From contig JBBDYC010000001.1 of NCBI GenBank assembly GCA_040901985.1, forward strand, positions 1 to 60,475: a stretch of DNA of 60,475 nt, given 5' to 3'. Source of the DNA: Gemmatimonadaceae bacterium. Its GTDB lineage: Bacteria; Gemmatimonadota; Gemmatimonadetes; Gemmatimonadales; Gemmatimonadaceae. Positions 22,601 to 32,179 of the stretch are shown here, piece after piece (position 1 is the first letter of the stretch; each line of letters begins with the position of its first letter). The position numbers and the translations under genes were made by a program. The notes under the pieces were generated by a model that made no database searches, had not been told where the DNA came from, and was given only the letters and a program-made list of their open reading frames with translations.

Positions 22601-22855
22601 ATGGAGGGCGCGGTGGACCGGCTGCGGCCCAAGGTGATGACCGTCGCCTCGACGATGCTCGGGCTGTTGCCGATCCTCTGGGCGACCGGGACCGGTGCGA
22701 CCGTGATGAAGCGCATCGCGGCGCCGATGGTCGGCGGGATGGTCAGTAGCACGCTCCTGACGCTGCTGGTGATCCCGGCAATCTGGTCGCTGGTGAAGGA
22801 GCGGGAACTGCGCGTGGCGCGTGCGGGGTTGCATAGGGATGGGGGGTATCCATAA
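19643..22855 (+). CDS. cusA: CusA/CzcA heavy-metal efflux RND transporter
   Basis: ALPDLSDVQVIV, VEDQVTYP, D.YWARSRVLEYL, GPDATGLGWVYQY, RIDMLATG, MKRIAAPMVGG. Confidence 0.92.
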   Translation: MLRNLIRGSVQNPVLVLLGAAALTVGGVWAASTIPLEALPDLSDVQVIVQTDYGEQAPRIVEDQVTYPIAAEMLKVPGARTVRGYSFFGVSFVYVIFDDGTDLYWARSRVLEYLNGLASRLPTGVAPTLGPDATGLGWVYQYALEDTTGRLDLAELRAVQDWFLRYALTAVPGVAEVASVGGFEKQYQVDLDPTRMRAYGVSVAQVMRAVQDANADVGAMVMELSEREYMVRGLGYLRGVSDIENVVVGATARGVPVSVRELGRVSVGPAVRRGITDLDGRGDAVGGIVVMRSGENALATIARVKEKIAAVQGGLPPGVVVHTVYDRSGLIERAVATLRNTLVEEFLIVALVCFAFLLHARSALVAVITLPVSILVAFIGLRALDIGADIMSLGGIAIAIGVMIDAAIVMVENLHKHLERRIPAGEEFLDTRTLTAADHRSVVIAAATEVGPSLFYSLLIITVSFIPVFTLEGQEGRLFTPLALTKTLAMAAASVLSVVLVPVLMEFFVRGKIRRETWNPLNAGLIRLYRPLLEWAQRRRWSVIGAAAVALILTWIPFQRIGSEFMPPLQEGTILFMPTTLPGISVARARELLRQQDMILLSFPEVERVWGKAGRANTATDPAGLDMAETTITLRPESEWRPGMTYDRLIAAMDSAVRLPGVSNAWTMPIKGRIDMLATGIRTPIGLKLFGPDLTVLEALGKEVEGHLTMVPGTRSAFAERAQSGYYLDIEIDRAAAARHGLNVGDIQTVIATAIGGMTITQTVEGRERYGVRLRYPQELRDTPEKLAAVLVPISHRIGTAEGPPTGMAQVPLGQVATITQVAGPMVIRTEDAQPSAWIFIDPGERDIGGYVADAKQMIAENVTLPPGYTLAWSGQYEYMERAREQMRLVVPATLALVFLLLFLNFRNVHESLIVMLSLPFTLVGGIWFLWALDYDWSVAVTIGFLALAGVAAETGVLMLIYLDHAWSARRAANPDADAVALHDAVMEGAVDRLRPKVMTVASTMLGLLPILWATGTGATVMKRIAAPMVGGMVSSTLLTLLVIPAIWSLVKERELRVARAGLHRDGGYP

Positions 22856-22858
22856 ATT
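22829..22858 (+). promoter_or_regulatory. Putative csoR promoter with second CsoR-type operator, overlapping cusA 3' end
   Basis: TTGCAT-18bp-TAAATT; ATAGGGATGGGGGGTAT (22833-22849) matches the 13777 site at 14/17. Confidence 0.65.
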
Positions 22859-22923
22859 GCGATCAGGCGGCGACCAGGGTTGGTGGCGGGGCGCCGGGAT
22901 ACTCGCACTCGAGGAGCAGACCC

Positions 22924-23295
22924 GTGGCAACCAGGACCGCACGAGCACCATTGGCACACGCCCACAGTGCCAGCTGTGGCTGCGCCGCGCACGAGACGGG
23001 AAGCGGGAGGAAAGCGGTCGCGGTGGACGCCGACCTCAAGGACCGCAACCAGAAGCGGCTGCGGCGGATCGAGGGGCAGGTGCGCGGCCTCCAGAAGATG
23101 GTGGACGAGGACCGCTACTGCGCCGACATCCTCACGCAGATCTCATCCGTGCACGAGGCGCTCCGCGGCGTCGGTCGTGAACTGATGCGCAACCACCTGA
23201 AGCATTGTGCCGCCGCGGCGATCAAGTCGAGCGACGCCGACGCCGAGGCGATGTACGACGAGCTGGTGGGGATGATGTACACGCACAGCCGCTAG
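22924..23295 (+). CDS. csoR: CsoR/RcnR-family metal-sensing repressor
   Basis: RLRRIEGQVRGLQKMV..DRYC.DIL.Q and NHLKHC (C-H-C Cu(I) ligands); His/Cys N-terminal tail. Confidence 0.88.
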   Translation: MATRTARAPLAHAHSASCGCAAHETGSGRKAVAVDADLKDRNQKRLRRIEGQVRGLQKMVDEDRYCADILTQISSVHEALRGVGRELMRNHLKHCAAAAIKSSDADAEAMYDELVGMMYTHSR

Positions 23296-23311
23296 GTGGC
23301 GGGCTCGGCAG

Positions 23312-24967
23312 CTACGACGCGCCTGAGATGTCCACGTCCTTTGTCTCGCGCAGGAAGAGCGTGCCGACCACCAGTGTGAGCAGCGCAATCCCCACCGGGT
23401 ACCAGAGCCCCGAGTAGATGTCCCCCGTGGCGGCGACGATTGCGAACGCGGTGGTCGGGAGAAAGCCGCCGAACCAGCCGTTGCCGATGTGGTAGGGCAG
23501 GGACATCGAGGTGTAGCGGATCCGGGTCGGGAAGAGCTCGACCAGCATCGCCGCAATCGGGCCGTAGACCATCGTCACATAGAGTACCAGGATCCAAAGC
23601 ACAAGCACCACGGCCGGCGTGTTGATTGCAGCTGGGTCCGCCGCGAGCGGATACCCTGTCGCGGTGAGCGCGGCGCCGAGTTCGGCGTCGAATCGCCTGC
23701 GTTGCGAGCCGTCGGGGTCGGCCGACGCATCGAATGACTCGATTTCCGCCACGCCGACGCGAATCGTCGCGGCAGCGCCACCGGCCGCAACGGTCGGTGT
23801 CGGCCCCTCATTGGAGTACGGCACCCCGCGGCGAACGAGTGCCGACTTCGCCACATCGCAGGGCGACGTAAAGGCACTCGTGCCGACCGGATTGAACTGC
23901 ACGGAGCAGGTCGCCGGCTCCGCCGTCACGACCACCGGCGCCGTCTGCTGCGCGAGCTCCAATGCCGGGTTGGCGAAATGCGTCAGCAATCGAAAGAGCG
24001 GGAAGTACGTCACGGCGGCGAGAAAGCATCCCGTGAGGATGATCCGCTTCCGGCCAATCCGGTCCGAGAGCGCGCCGAAGACGATGAAGAACGGGGTCCC
24101 CAGCAGGAGCGAGACGGCGATGAGGATGTTCGCGGTCTGCGCCTCGACCTTCAGCGTCTGCGTGAGGAAGAAGAGGGCGTAGAACTGTCCGGTGTACCAG
24201 ACGACGGCCTGGCCCGCCGTGAGCCCGAAGAGCGCGAGCAGCACGATCTTCGCGTTCCCCCACTCGCCGAACGATTCCCGCAGCGGCGCCTTCGACTGGG
24301 TCCCCTCGCGCTTCATCTTCTGGAACATCGGCGATTCGTCGAGCCGCAGCCGGATCCAGGCCGAGATGACCAGGAGGAGAATCGAGAGCAGGAAGGGGAT
24401 GCGCCATCCCCACGCCTCGAACGCCTCGTTGCCGAGGAGGACTCGGCAGCCGAGGATCACGAGGAGCGACATAAAGAGTCCGAGCGTCGCCGTCGTCTGG
24501 ATCCACGACGTGTAGGCGCCGCGCTTTCCCATCGGCGCGTGCTCGGCCACATAGGTGGCCGCGCCGCCGTACTCGCCGCCGAGGGCGAGGCCCTGGAGCA
24601 GGCGCAGCGCGATCAGGGCGACCGGCGCGACAATCCCAATCCGTTCGTAGGTAGGGAGCAGGCCGACCAGGAAGGTCGCGAGGCCCATGATCACGATCGT
24701 CACGAGGAAGGTGTGCTTGCGGCCGACGAGGTCGCCGAGTCGGCCGAAGACGATCGCGCCGAAGGGGCGCACGGCAAATCCGGCGGCAAAGGCAAGCAGC
24801 GCGAAGATGAAGGCGGCGGTGGGGTTCACGCCGGAGAAGAATTGTCGGCTGATGATCGCCGCGAGCGAACCGTAGAGATAGAAGTCGTACCACTCAAACA
24901 CCGTCCCGAGGGACGAGGCGAGGATGACGCGGCGTACGTCCGGTGGGCCGGCGTCTGGGGAGGGCAT
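23312..24967 (-). CDS. MFS transporter, MHS (metabolite:H+ symporter) family
   Basis: GTVFEWYDFYLY, RPFGA.VFGRLGD.VGRK, LQGLALGGEYGGA, ELFPTRIRY. Confidence 0.92.
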   Translation of the reverse strand: MPSPDAGPPDVRRVILASSLGTVFEWYDFYLYGSLAAIISRQFFSGVNPTAAFIFALLAFAAGFAVRPFGAIVFGRLGDLVGRKHTFLVTIVIMGLATFLVGLLPTYERIGIVAPVALIALRLLQGLALGGEYGGAATYVAEHAPMGKRGAYTSWIQTTATLGLFMSLLVILGCRVLLGNEAFEAWGWRIPFLLSILLLVISAWIRLRLDESPMFQKMKREGTQSKAPLRESFGEWGNAKIVLLALFGLTAGQAVVWYTGQFYALFFLTQTLKVEAQTANILIAVSLLLGTPFFIVFGALSDRIGRKRIILTGCFLAAVTYFPLFRLLTHFANPALELAQQTAPVVVTAEPATCSVQFNPVGTSAFTSPCDVAKSALVRRGVPYSNEGPTPTVAAGGAAATIRVGVAEIESFDASADPDGSQRRRFDAELGAALTATGYPLAADPAAINTPAVVLVLWILVLYVTMVYGPIAAMLVELFPTRIRYTSMSLPYHIGNGWFGGFLPTTAFAIVAATGDIYSGLWYPVGIALLTLVVGTLFLRETKDVDISGAS

Positions 24968-25211
24968 GGCGGGGGAATATGCACGCAATCCGGCGCCGCG
25001 GGGATGTGGTTGACCTGCCAGCGGTTAGGGCGGTGCCGACGTGCGATGCACCATTTGTGGACACCCCCGACCGTCGCATTGTGAGGCCGACAGTCTCTCG
25101 CGGTGCATTTGGACAGTCACTCCAGTGACCCGTGGCCGGACGGGATAGCCCCACCAAGACCGGCCGGCTGCCCAATGGAGGATTGCTCCGTGCAACAATA
25201 CATCGAGCCCA

Positions 25212-26049
25212 CGTCAGCTTCCCCCTCAGGCAGACCGTTTGAAGCTGGACTCGGACGGCGCGGGTGACCCCGGCAGGAAGGTGAGCGGCGGGACCCGGCC
25301 GAGGCTGTCGTGCGGCCGCCGCGTGTTGTAGATCGTGAGCCAGCGCTCGGTCTCGACGCGGACGTCGTCGAGCAAGCCGAAAAGGTACGCGTCCAGGACT
25401 TCCTTGCGATAGCTCCCGCTGAAGCGTTCGCCGTGCGGAAGCGCGTCCCGCTGTAGAGCGTGTCGGACATGAAGTCGAGCGCCCAGATCCCGTTGAGCAC
25501 GGCGGGCGCGTCCAGCGGCTGCCCCTCGCGCGGCGGCACGCGGCGCTTGCGGCGCCGCTTGAGGTTGAGACGCAACGCCTTGTAGACGCGATACACGCGC
25601 TTCCAGTTCCATGGGTGCCCGGCGAGTCGCAGCGCGTCGAAGCACATCCAGAAGCCCCACTGCGGCATCTTGGTGACGAGCGCCGTCAGCGCGGCGATCA
25701 CCTCCGCTTCGCGGGCGGCGTTACAGCTTGCGACTGAGGACATCCTTGATCGCCACATTCTCGAGCGCGAGTTCGGCGTACATCCGCTTGAGCTTCGCGT
25801 TCTCCGCCTCGAGCTCCCGGAGGCGCTTCAACTCGGCGACGCTCGCCCCGCCGTACTTCGACTTCCGGGTGAAGAATGTCGTCCGGCTGATCCCGTGCTT
25901 TCGGATCACCTCGGCGACCGGCACCCCGCCCTCGACCTCCTGCAGGGCCGCCACGATCTGGGACTCCGTGAACCTCGAACGGCGTATGTCTCCTCCTTTT
26001 GCACCGCCCAAGTCTCACTTCGAGTGCCTACTTCAGGGGTATGCTGACG
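25212..26049 (-). mobile_element. Degenerate IS3-family element (orfA start ATA, orfB with two internal deletions)
   Basis: OrfA (25721-25987) highly similar to 35004-35270; orfB fragments WALDFMSD and ERF.G.YR.E.LD; imperfect IRs CGTCAGCTTCCCCCTCAGG / CGTCAGCATACCCCTGAAG. Confidence 0.9.
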
Positions 26050-26171
26050 CTTCACAGAAGAAAATTCAATCGGAGTGGTTGAGTCGGCGGCGTGGTCCCC
26101 TGCCGCGCGGAGACGACGGCCGGCTCACGAGCCGGCCGCCGTCGTCTTGGCCCGGCCGGAGCCCGGCGGGA

Positions 26172-28751
26172 CTAGGGGAGGTGGTGGAACAGGTTGAGCA
26201 CCACGGTCAGGTGGCTCGTGGTCTCGAGGCGCCTCACCATCACGAAGCGCTGGCCGTCCGGGGTGACGTCATAGACCTGGTGGGTCAGGTCGGAGTTGAA
26301 CGCCGGGTCCGCGAAGAGGCGGGCGCGGCGGCCCACCTCGGCGGACCGCCCGTTGCGCACGGCCACCGCCATCATCGCGGCGCCCTCGCGGTAGAACAGT
26401 TCGTCCCCGCGCGGGGACCAGAGCGGCTCCGAGCCGCCGTCCGGCGAGACTTGGATCCGGGACCCCATGTCGGGGAACGAGCGGATGTAGACCTCGGCCC
26501 GCCCCGACTCATTCGAGACGTAGGCCATCCACTTGCCGTCGGGCGAGAGGGCGGGGGAGACCTCGTCCGCCGGGGTCGCGAGGAGCGGGACGAGGCGCGT
26601 CCCGGTCAGCCCCGGCCAGAGCCAGATGTCGCGCCTAGTCTCGCCGCCGACTGTCCGCACGACGAGTGACGTCCCGTCCGGCGTGAACAGCACCTCCCAG
26701 GGCTCCATGTCGGGCAGGGTCAGCAGCGACTCCGCCGGGGTAGCACCGTCGGCGTTCACGATCCGGACGTGACGGCGGCGTCCGACCTGCCGGTGGTAGG
26801 CGATCCGCCGGCCGTCCGGCGCCCACGCCGGGCGGCTGGCGGCACTGTCGAAGGTGAGGCGGGTCAGGGTGCGACGGTCCCGGTCCAGCAGCCAGATGTC
26901 CTGGTCCAGGCGCACCGCCAGCCGCCGCCCGTCCGGGGAAAGGCGCGGATCCCCGAAATCGCCCAGGCGCGGGAGCAGCCGCTCCACCCGACCGGCCCGA
27001 TCCACAAGGACCAGCGCCCCGAGGCCGTCCTGTCCGGGGATGACGATGGTCCCCGAGCGGGACAGGGCCATCTCGGCCGTGGCGATGTTCACCCGCACCG
27101 GCTCGTCGAGAATGACTGGCGGGCCGGTGATGACCAGGCGCCGCGCGTCGAACCGCACCGCCCGCAGCCGCTCGTCGAGACCGACATACACGAGGTGACC
27201 GGTGTCAACGTAGCGCGGATCGCTGCCCGGCAGGTCGAGACTCCGGGCGGTGCCCGTCCTGAGATCGAGGACGGCGAGGGAGCTGGCGACGCCCCGCTGC
27301 ACGCTGTAGAGCACGCCCGCGTCTTCCGGGAGCCCGTGGACGGACAAGATTGCCTCGTCCGGCCCGGTGGCCAGGAGTGTGGTGCGGACGCCGGCCAGGG
27401 TGCACTGCTGCAAGCCGGCGCGGTCGGTGAACACGACGGCGTCGCGTTCGAGCCAGCTTAACAACGGCAGGCCGCCGGCATCGCACACCGGCGTGGGGAC
27501 CCCGCCCGACACCGGCACGCGCACGATCCGGGTGCCAAGGAGGAAGCCGAGCTGGTGGCCGTCGGGGGAGAAGAAGGGCCGGGTGCCGTTCGTGCCACCC
27601 GCGACAGGCACGGGTTCCAGGGCGTCCATGGCGCGCAGAAAGAGTGTCCGTGTGCCGGCGGAGTCCTGCCCGTCATAGGCCAGGCGGGTGCCGTCGGGCG
27701 AGAGCGCGGGCTGGGAGAAGAGATCGCCGGCCCAGGCGGCGTGCGGTGGCAGGATCACCCGGAAGCGATGGACCGGCGGAGGCAGGGGACGCTCGGCGGG
27801 TCGGAGCAGGGTCCCGGCCAGGGCCGCAGCCAGGACGATCACCAGTCCCCACGGGGCCAGGGCCACCAGGCGCCGGGGAACGGGGGCGGTCGCGGTGCGG
27901 CGGGCCGCTTCCGTGGTGAAGAGGGGATCCTCGAGTGCCGCGGCGAAGTCCGCCACACGGGCGAAGCGGTCGGCGGGCAGCGAGGCAAGCGCCTGCAGGA
28001 TGGCCGCCTCCACGTGCGGCGGGACCGATCGCCGCGTGCGGCGCAGCGGCTCGGGCTCGTCCGTCAGGATCCTGGCGACGATAACCTGCGCGGTGGGACC
28101 CGTGAACGGCGGCTGCCCTGCGAGCATCTCGTAGGCCACGCAGCCCAGGGCATAGATGTCGCTGCGCGCGGTGATCTCGCGCTCGCCGGTGGCCTGCTCG
28201 GGGCTCATGTACTGGGGCGTGCCGAGGGAGAGGCCGGTCTCGGTCAGCCGCGACCCGGCCTGGCTCGCCGCGAGCGCGATGCCGAAGTCCGCGACCAGCG
28301 CGTGCCCATCGTGGAGGAGGATGTTCTCGGGCTTGATGTCGCGGTGCACGACTCCCTGCCGGTGGGCGTAGTCGAGCGCGTCCGCCACCTCGCGGGTGAG
28401 CCGCACCGCGTCAGCCACCGGCAGTTGCCGCTCGCGGCTCAAGCGCTCGCGCAGCGACTCGCCGGGCACGAACGGCATGGCGTACCACAGGAGCTGGTCG
28501 GCCTCACCCGAGTCCAGCAGACCGAGGATGTGAGGATGCTGGAGGTTGGCGGTCGTGCGGATCTCCTGCAGGAACCGCTCGGCGCCAATAATCGCGCCCA
28601 ATTCCGGACGGAGCACCTTGAGCGCGACCCTGCGGTCGTGGCGCAGGTCGTGAGCCAGGAAGACCGTGGCCATCCCGCCCGCGCCGAGCTCGCGCTCCAG
28701 TCGGTAGCGCCCGGCCAGCGCTGGTGCGAGACGCTCCAGCGGAGTGGTCAT
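26172..28751 (-). CDS. Ser/Thr protein kinase with TM segment and PD40/TolB-like beta-propeller
   Basis: GAGGMATV, HRDIKPEN, DFGIA, GTPQYMSPE; repeated SPDG motifs. Confidence 0.92.
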   Translation of the reverse strand: MTTPLERLAPALAGRYRLERELGAGGMATVFLAHDLRHDRRVALKVLRPELGAIIGAERFLQEIRTTANLQHPHILGLLDSGEADQLLWYAMPFVPGESLRERLSRERQLPVADAVRLTREVADALDYAHRQGVVHRDIKPENILLHDGHALVADFGIALAASQAGSRLTETGLSLGTPQYMSPEQATGEREITARSDIYALGCVAYEMLAGQPPFTGPTAQVIVARILTDEPEPLRRTRRSVPPHVEAAILQALASLPADRFARVADFAAALEDPLFTTEAARRTATAPVPRRLVALAPWGLVIVLAAALAGTLLRPAERPLPPPVHRFRVILPPHAAWAGDLFSQPALSPDGTRLAYDGQDSAGTRTLFLRAMDALEPVPVAGGTNGTRPFFSPDGHQLGFLLGTRIVRVPVSGGVPTPVCDAGGLPLLSWLERDAVVFTDRAGLQQCTLAGVRTTLLATGPDEAILSVHGLPEDAGVLYSVQRGVASSLAVLDLRTGTARSLDLPGSDPRYVDTGHLVYVGLDERLRAVRFDARRLVITGPPVILDEPVRVNIATAEMALSRSGTIVIPGQDGLGALVLVDRAGRVERLLPRLGDFGDPRLSPDGRRLAVRLDQDIWLLDRDRRTLTRLTFDSAASRPAWAPDGRRIAYHRQVGRRRHVRIVNADGATPAESLLTLPDMEPWEVLFTPDGTSLVVRTVGGETRRDIWLWPGLTGTRLVPLLATPADEVSPALSPDGKWMAYVSNESGRAEVYIRSFPDMGSRIQVSPDGGSEPLWSPRGDELFYREGAAMMAVAVRNGRSAEVGRRARLFADPAFNSDLTHQVYDVTPDGQRFVMVRRLETTSHLTVVLNLFHHLP

Positions 28752-28797
28752 GTGCATCCGCGAAGGGGTGAACATCGGTCGAAGCAGCGGAGGAACG

Positions 28798-28947
28798 CGG
28801 GATAGGAAATTCAACCGCCGTGTGGAAAGTATGTCGCGTGCGCGCGCGCACGGCGAGGGCGGCGCGCACCGGCGGCGGCAATGAATCGGTGGCACAACGG
28901 GCGGCGGGGCGGGCGCACCCGGCACGAGGGTCGCCGGCCGGGCTCCG
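28798..28947 (-). mobile_element. IS91/ISCR-like ori-end fragment (type A), 150 bp
   Basis: Closely similar to 39601-39750; ends GGTTGAATTTCCTATCCCG on - strand; palindrome CGTGCGCGCGCGCACG at 28837-28852. Confidence 0.75.
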
Positions 28948-28965
28948 ACAGATATTTACATTGCC

Positions 28966-31317
28966 TCACCAAGGCAGCTGCATGTTCGCCAGCACCTGCT
29001 GATAGCGCGAGTTGGCACGCAAGTGAGCGAACCATGGCCACGCCGTCATTTCGACGAGCCAGTAGTCCTTTCGCGTGTAGCCACGCTCGAGCCAGGTCAG
29101 AGCCTGTCCATCGTCGCCGAGCGCCGCGTGTAGAGCAGCCATGTCGAACGCCGAGACCAAGCCCTCACGCTCGCGTCCATTGAGCTCGGCCAGAATCTGT
29201 CCCGCCTCTTGCTTCCGGCTTGCTCGGGCGTATGCCGCACCCAGCATTGCCAGATAGTGCGAGCTCTGCATGCCCGGCCCCTGGATCGACTTCTCCAGAT
29301 ACGTCACGGCATCCGTCCAGCGTCCCTGCGCCAACCGCACCTCTCCGAGGCTGTGCAGCAGCAGGACATGGTCGGGGTTGATTGCCAACGCCTCCAACAA
29401 CTGCTGTGCCGCCACATCGTATTGCCCCGCGAAGAGATAATTCTGGCTGATATAGGCGCGAATCGTGGCTGAGAGCGGATCGAGGTCCCTGGCGCGCTGG
29501 AGCTCACGCAGACCTTCGTCGTAGCGAGTGGTCACCCGGCCGAGCGCGCGCCCGTAGTATTGATGAACGGTGGCAGAGCCTGGGTTGAGCTCGAGCGCGC
29601 GCTGAAACTCCCCCTCCGCCTCGCGCCAGTTCCACTCGCAGTTCAACTGCCACATCGCTTTCGCGACATGCGCCTCGGCCAGCGATTGATCCTCCCGCAA
29701 TGCCTGATCGATCGCGGCCGCAGCCAACCTGCACCCCTCCTGCTGCGGCATGCCCCCTTGCTCCCCCAGCCACAGATACGTGGCGCCGAGTGCTGCGTGG
29801 ACGGGGGCGTACGCCGCGTCGTGGCTCAAGGCCTTCTTGAAGTTCTCGACCGCATCCCTCGACCCCGGAAGCGTCCTTTGATTCCACTGGTGCCTACCAA
29901 GCAGGTACAGCTCGAAGGCCGCCGGATCCACCGGACGGGCGGCGGCGAGGCGGACCCGCTCCAGCGGCGTCAGCGTCGCCTTGATCTCCTCGGCGATCGC
30001 CCGGGCGACTTCGGTGTGCAGCTCGAGGACGCCCCGCAGCTCCCGGTCGAACTGATGCCCCCAAACGCGCCGGTCGTTTGGCCCGTCGATCAGTTGCACG
30101 GTAATCCGTACCCGGTTTCCCTCACGGGCCACCGACCCTTCGATCAGCCCCCGCACTCCGAGCTCGCGCGCGATCTGCGGGGCCGGCTTCTGGTTCCCGC
30201 GGTACCGCATCGCCGAGGTTCGCGAGATGACCTTGAGGGCGCTGATCTGCGAGAGCTCGGCCGTCAGCGCCTCATGCATCCCGTCGACGAAGTACGATTG
30301 CGCCGAGTCGCCCGTGCGGTTGTCGAGCGGCAGAACCACGAGCGAATCGATCCGGGATGATGCGCCGCGTCCGGCGATCCACCATCCGCCGGCGAGGAGG
30401 AGGATCGCGACCGCCAGCAGGGCGCCGATCTTCACGCGGCGTTGACCGACCGCGCCGCGCCGCGTGGGCGCGCCGGTTCCCGCGGCGCTCCGTTCCAGGG
30501 CGTCGGCGAACGCTCGTGACGTCGCGAAGCGGTCGGCGGGGACCCTGGCCAGCGCCTTTGCGATCGCGGTCTCGACGGCTTCGGGGACGGTGTTGCGCAC
30601 GACACGCAGGCTGGGGACCGGGTCCACGGCCTTGCGCGCCAGGATCGCGACGGGCGTCGCGCCGCCGAACGGCGGCTCCCCGGCAAGCATCTCATACAAG
30701 ACACAGCCGAGCGCATAGATGTCGCAGCGGCCGTCCAGGTCCGCGCTGCCGGTCGCCTGTTCCGGGCTCATGTAGGCCGGCGTCCCGATGGCGAGCCCCG
30801 TCTCCGTCAGCGTCGCCCCACCCGCTTGGTCGATCGCCCGTGCGATCCCGAAATCCGCCACCACCGCGTGGCCGCTTTGCAGGAGGATGTTCTCGGGCTT
30901 GATGTCGCGGTGGATGACCCCGTGGCTGTGGGCGTAGGAGAGCGCGTCCGCCACCTCGCGGCTGATCTGGAGCGCGTCGTCGAGCGGAAGCTGCTTCTCG
31001 CGGGTGAGCCGATCCCGGAGCGATTCGCCCTCCACGTAGGGCATGACGAAGTACAGGAACCCGTCGGCGTTCCCGGAATCGTGCAACGGCAGGATGTGGG
31101 GGTGGGTCAGCCGAGCAGCAAGTTCGATCTCGCGGGAGAAGCGCTCAGGGCCGAGGGCGGCGGCCAGTTCCGGGCGCAGGACCTTGAGGGCGACCCGCCG
31201 GTGGTGCTTGCGGTCGGTGGCGAGATAGACCGTGGCCATGCCACCGCGTCCCAACTCGCGTTGGATCGCGTACCGGTCCGCCATGGCTGTCGTGAGGCGG
31301 TCCACGGTCTCGGACAT
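28966..31317 (-). CDS. Ser/Thr protein kinase with TM, TolB-N-like domain and TPR repeats
   Basis: Kinase motifs; SLVVLPL.N, LKVISRTSAM.Y, EGSV.REG.RVRITVQLID; TPR-like ALELNP repeats. Confidence 0.92.
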   Translation of the reverse strand: MSETVDRLTTAMADRYAIQRELGRGGMATVYLATDRKHHRRVALKVLRPELAAALGPERFSREIELAARLTHPHILPLHDSGNADGFLYFVMPYVEGESLRDRLTREKQLPLDDALQISREVADALSYAHSHGVIHRDIKPENILLQSGHAVVADFGIARAIDQAGGATLTETGLAIGTPAYMSPEQATGSADLDGRCDIYALGCVLYEMLAGEPPFGGATPVAILARKAVDPVPSLRVVRNTVPEAVETAIAKALARVPADRFATSRAFADALERSAAGTGAPTRRGAVGQRRVKIGALLAVAILLLAGGWWIAGRGASSRIDSLVVLPLDNRTGDSAQSYFVDGMHEALTAELSQISALKVISRTSAMRYRGNQKPAPQIARELGVRGLIEGSVAREGNRVRITVQLIDGPNDRRVWGHQFDRELRGVLELHTEVARAIAEEIKATLTPLERVRLAAARPVDPAAFELYLLGRHQWNQRTLPGSRDAVENFKKALSHDAAYAPVHAALGATYLWLGEQGGMPQQEGCRLAAAAIDQALREDQSLAEAHVAKAMWQLNCEWNWREAEGEFQRALELNPGSATVHQYYGRALGRVTTRYDEGLRELQRARDLDPLSATIRAYISQNYLFAGQYDVAAQQLLEALAINPDHVLLLHSLGEVRLAQGRWTDAVTYLEKSIQGPGMQSSHYLAMLGAAYARASRKQEAGQILAELNGREREGLVSAFDMAALHAALGDDGQALTWLERGYTRKDYWLVEMTAWPWFAHLRANSRYQQVLANMQLPW

Positions 31318-31333
31318 CCGCCCTCCCGGGTCG

Positions 31334-32098
31334 CGGGATGGGAAATTCAATCGGGGTCGCTCGGGTATCCGCCGAACGTACGGCGCGATCGCCGACCCCG
31401 CGAGGGCTGGCGGGCGCCCGGCGGCGTGCCCTCATCCTCCCTGCGCTACTCGCGCCTCGTGGGCCGTCTGCACGGCGGGTGTTCTGGGCGCCCAGTGCCG
31501 CAGGGACCGATCGGACGTCCCGGTGGGACTGACGCCCACGCCGAACGTCCCCGCGCGTCGTCGGGGCGTCGGGGCGAGGATCAGGGCGTGCGGTGGGCCG
31601 CGGTCGCAGCGCGGGCGCGAAGGTGCGTGAGGATCCGGTCGATTACCGAAGTCTGGGTGATGCACGCGACGATCCGCATCGTGCCGTGGCACGCCGGGCA
31701 CGCGAGTGGGTCGACCTCGAAGATCTGCTGCAGCAACGCCGCCCAGCGACGGGTGGCCTCGGTGGGCGCCAGCCTCGGTGCCAGGACGATGACGGGCAGC
31801 GCATTGACGGTGGCGGGCTCGGCCCGCCGTCGCATGCCACGCGGACGGTTGGCGTACCAACCATAGTACCGGGTGGTGACGTGGGCCTCGTCGGGGATGT
31901 GCACCAGCACCCGGGCGAGGAACTCCAACGGGTCCATCGTCTCGGTCCCCGCCGTCGGGCCCTCGGACTTGTCCGAGCGATAGGTCACCGCCTTCGTGGT
32001 CCGGTCTCGTACGAGAGCCGCTCCAGCGCGACCGGATTGCGCGCGCAGTACCGCGCGAGCCGTGTGGCGAAGTCGCGGTCGTCCTCGGGGACCCAGAA
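31334..32098 (-). mobile_element. IS91/ISCR-like element remnant (type B): frameshifted transposase 3' part plus ori end
   Basis: LARYCARNP, DPLEFLARV..HIP, RYYGWYANR, WAALL.QIFEVDPL.CP.C.G.MRIVA.I; frameshift near 32005; ends ATTGAATTTCCCATCCCG. Confidence 0.85.
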
Positions 32099-32125
32099 TT
32101 CAGTAATCTCGATGGGCTCGCACCA

Positions 32126-32159
32126 AGAGAAAGAGCCCCGGCGTTTCCGCCGAGGCCCG
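32126..32159 (-). terminator. Intrinsic terminator of S8 protease gene
   Basis: GGGCCTCGGCG-GAAA-CGCCGGGGCTC followed by TTTCTCTT on - strand. Confidence 0.7.
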
Positions 32160-32179
32160 TTCTCGCAACTCACATGTGC

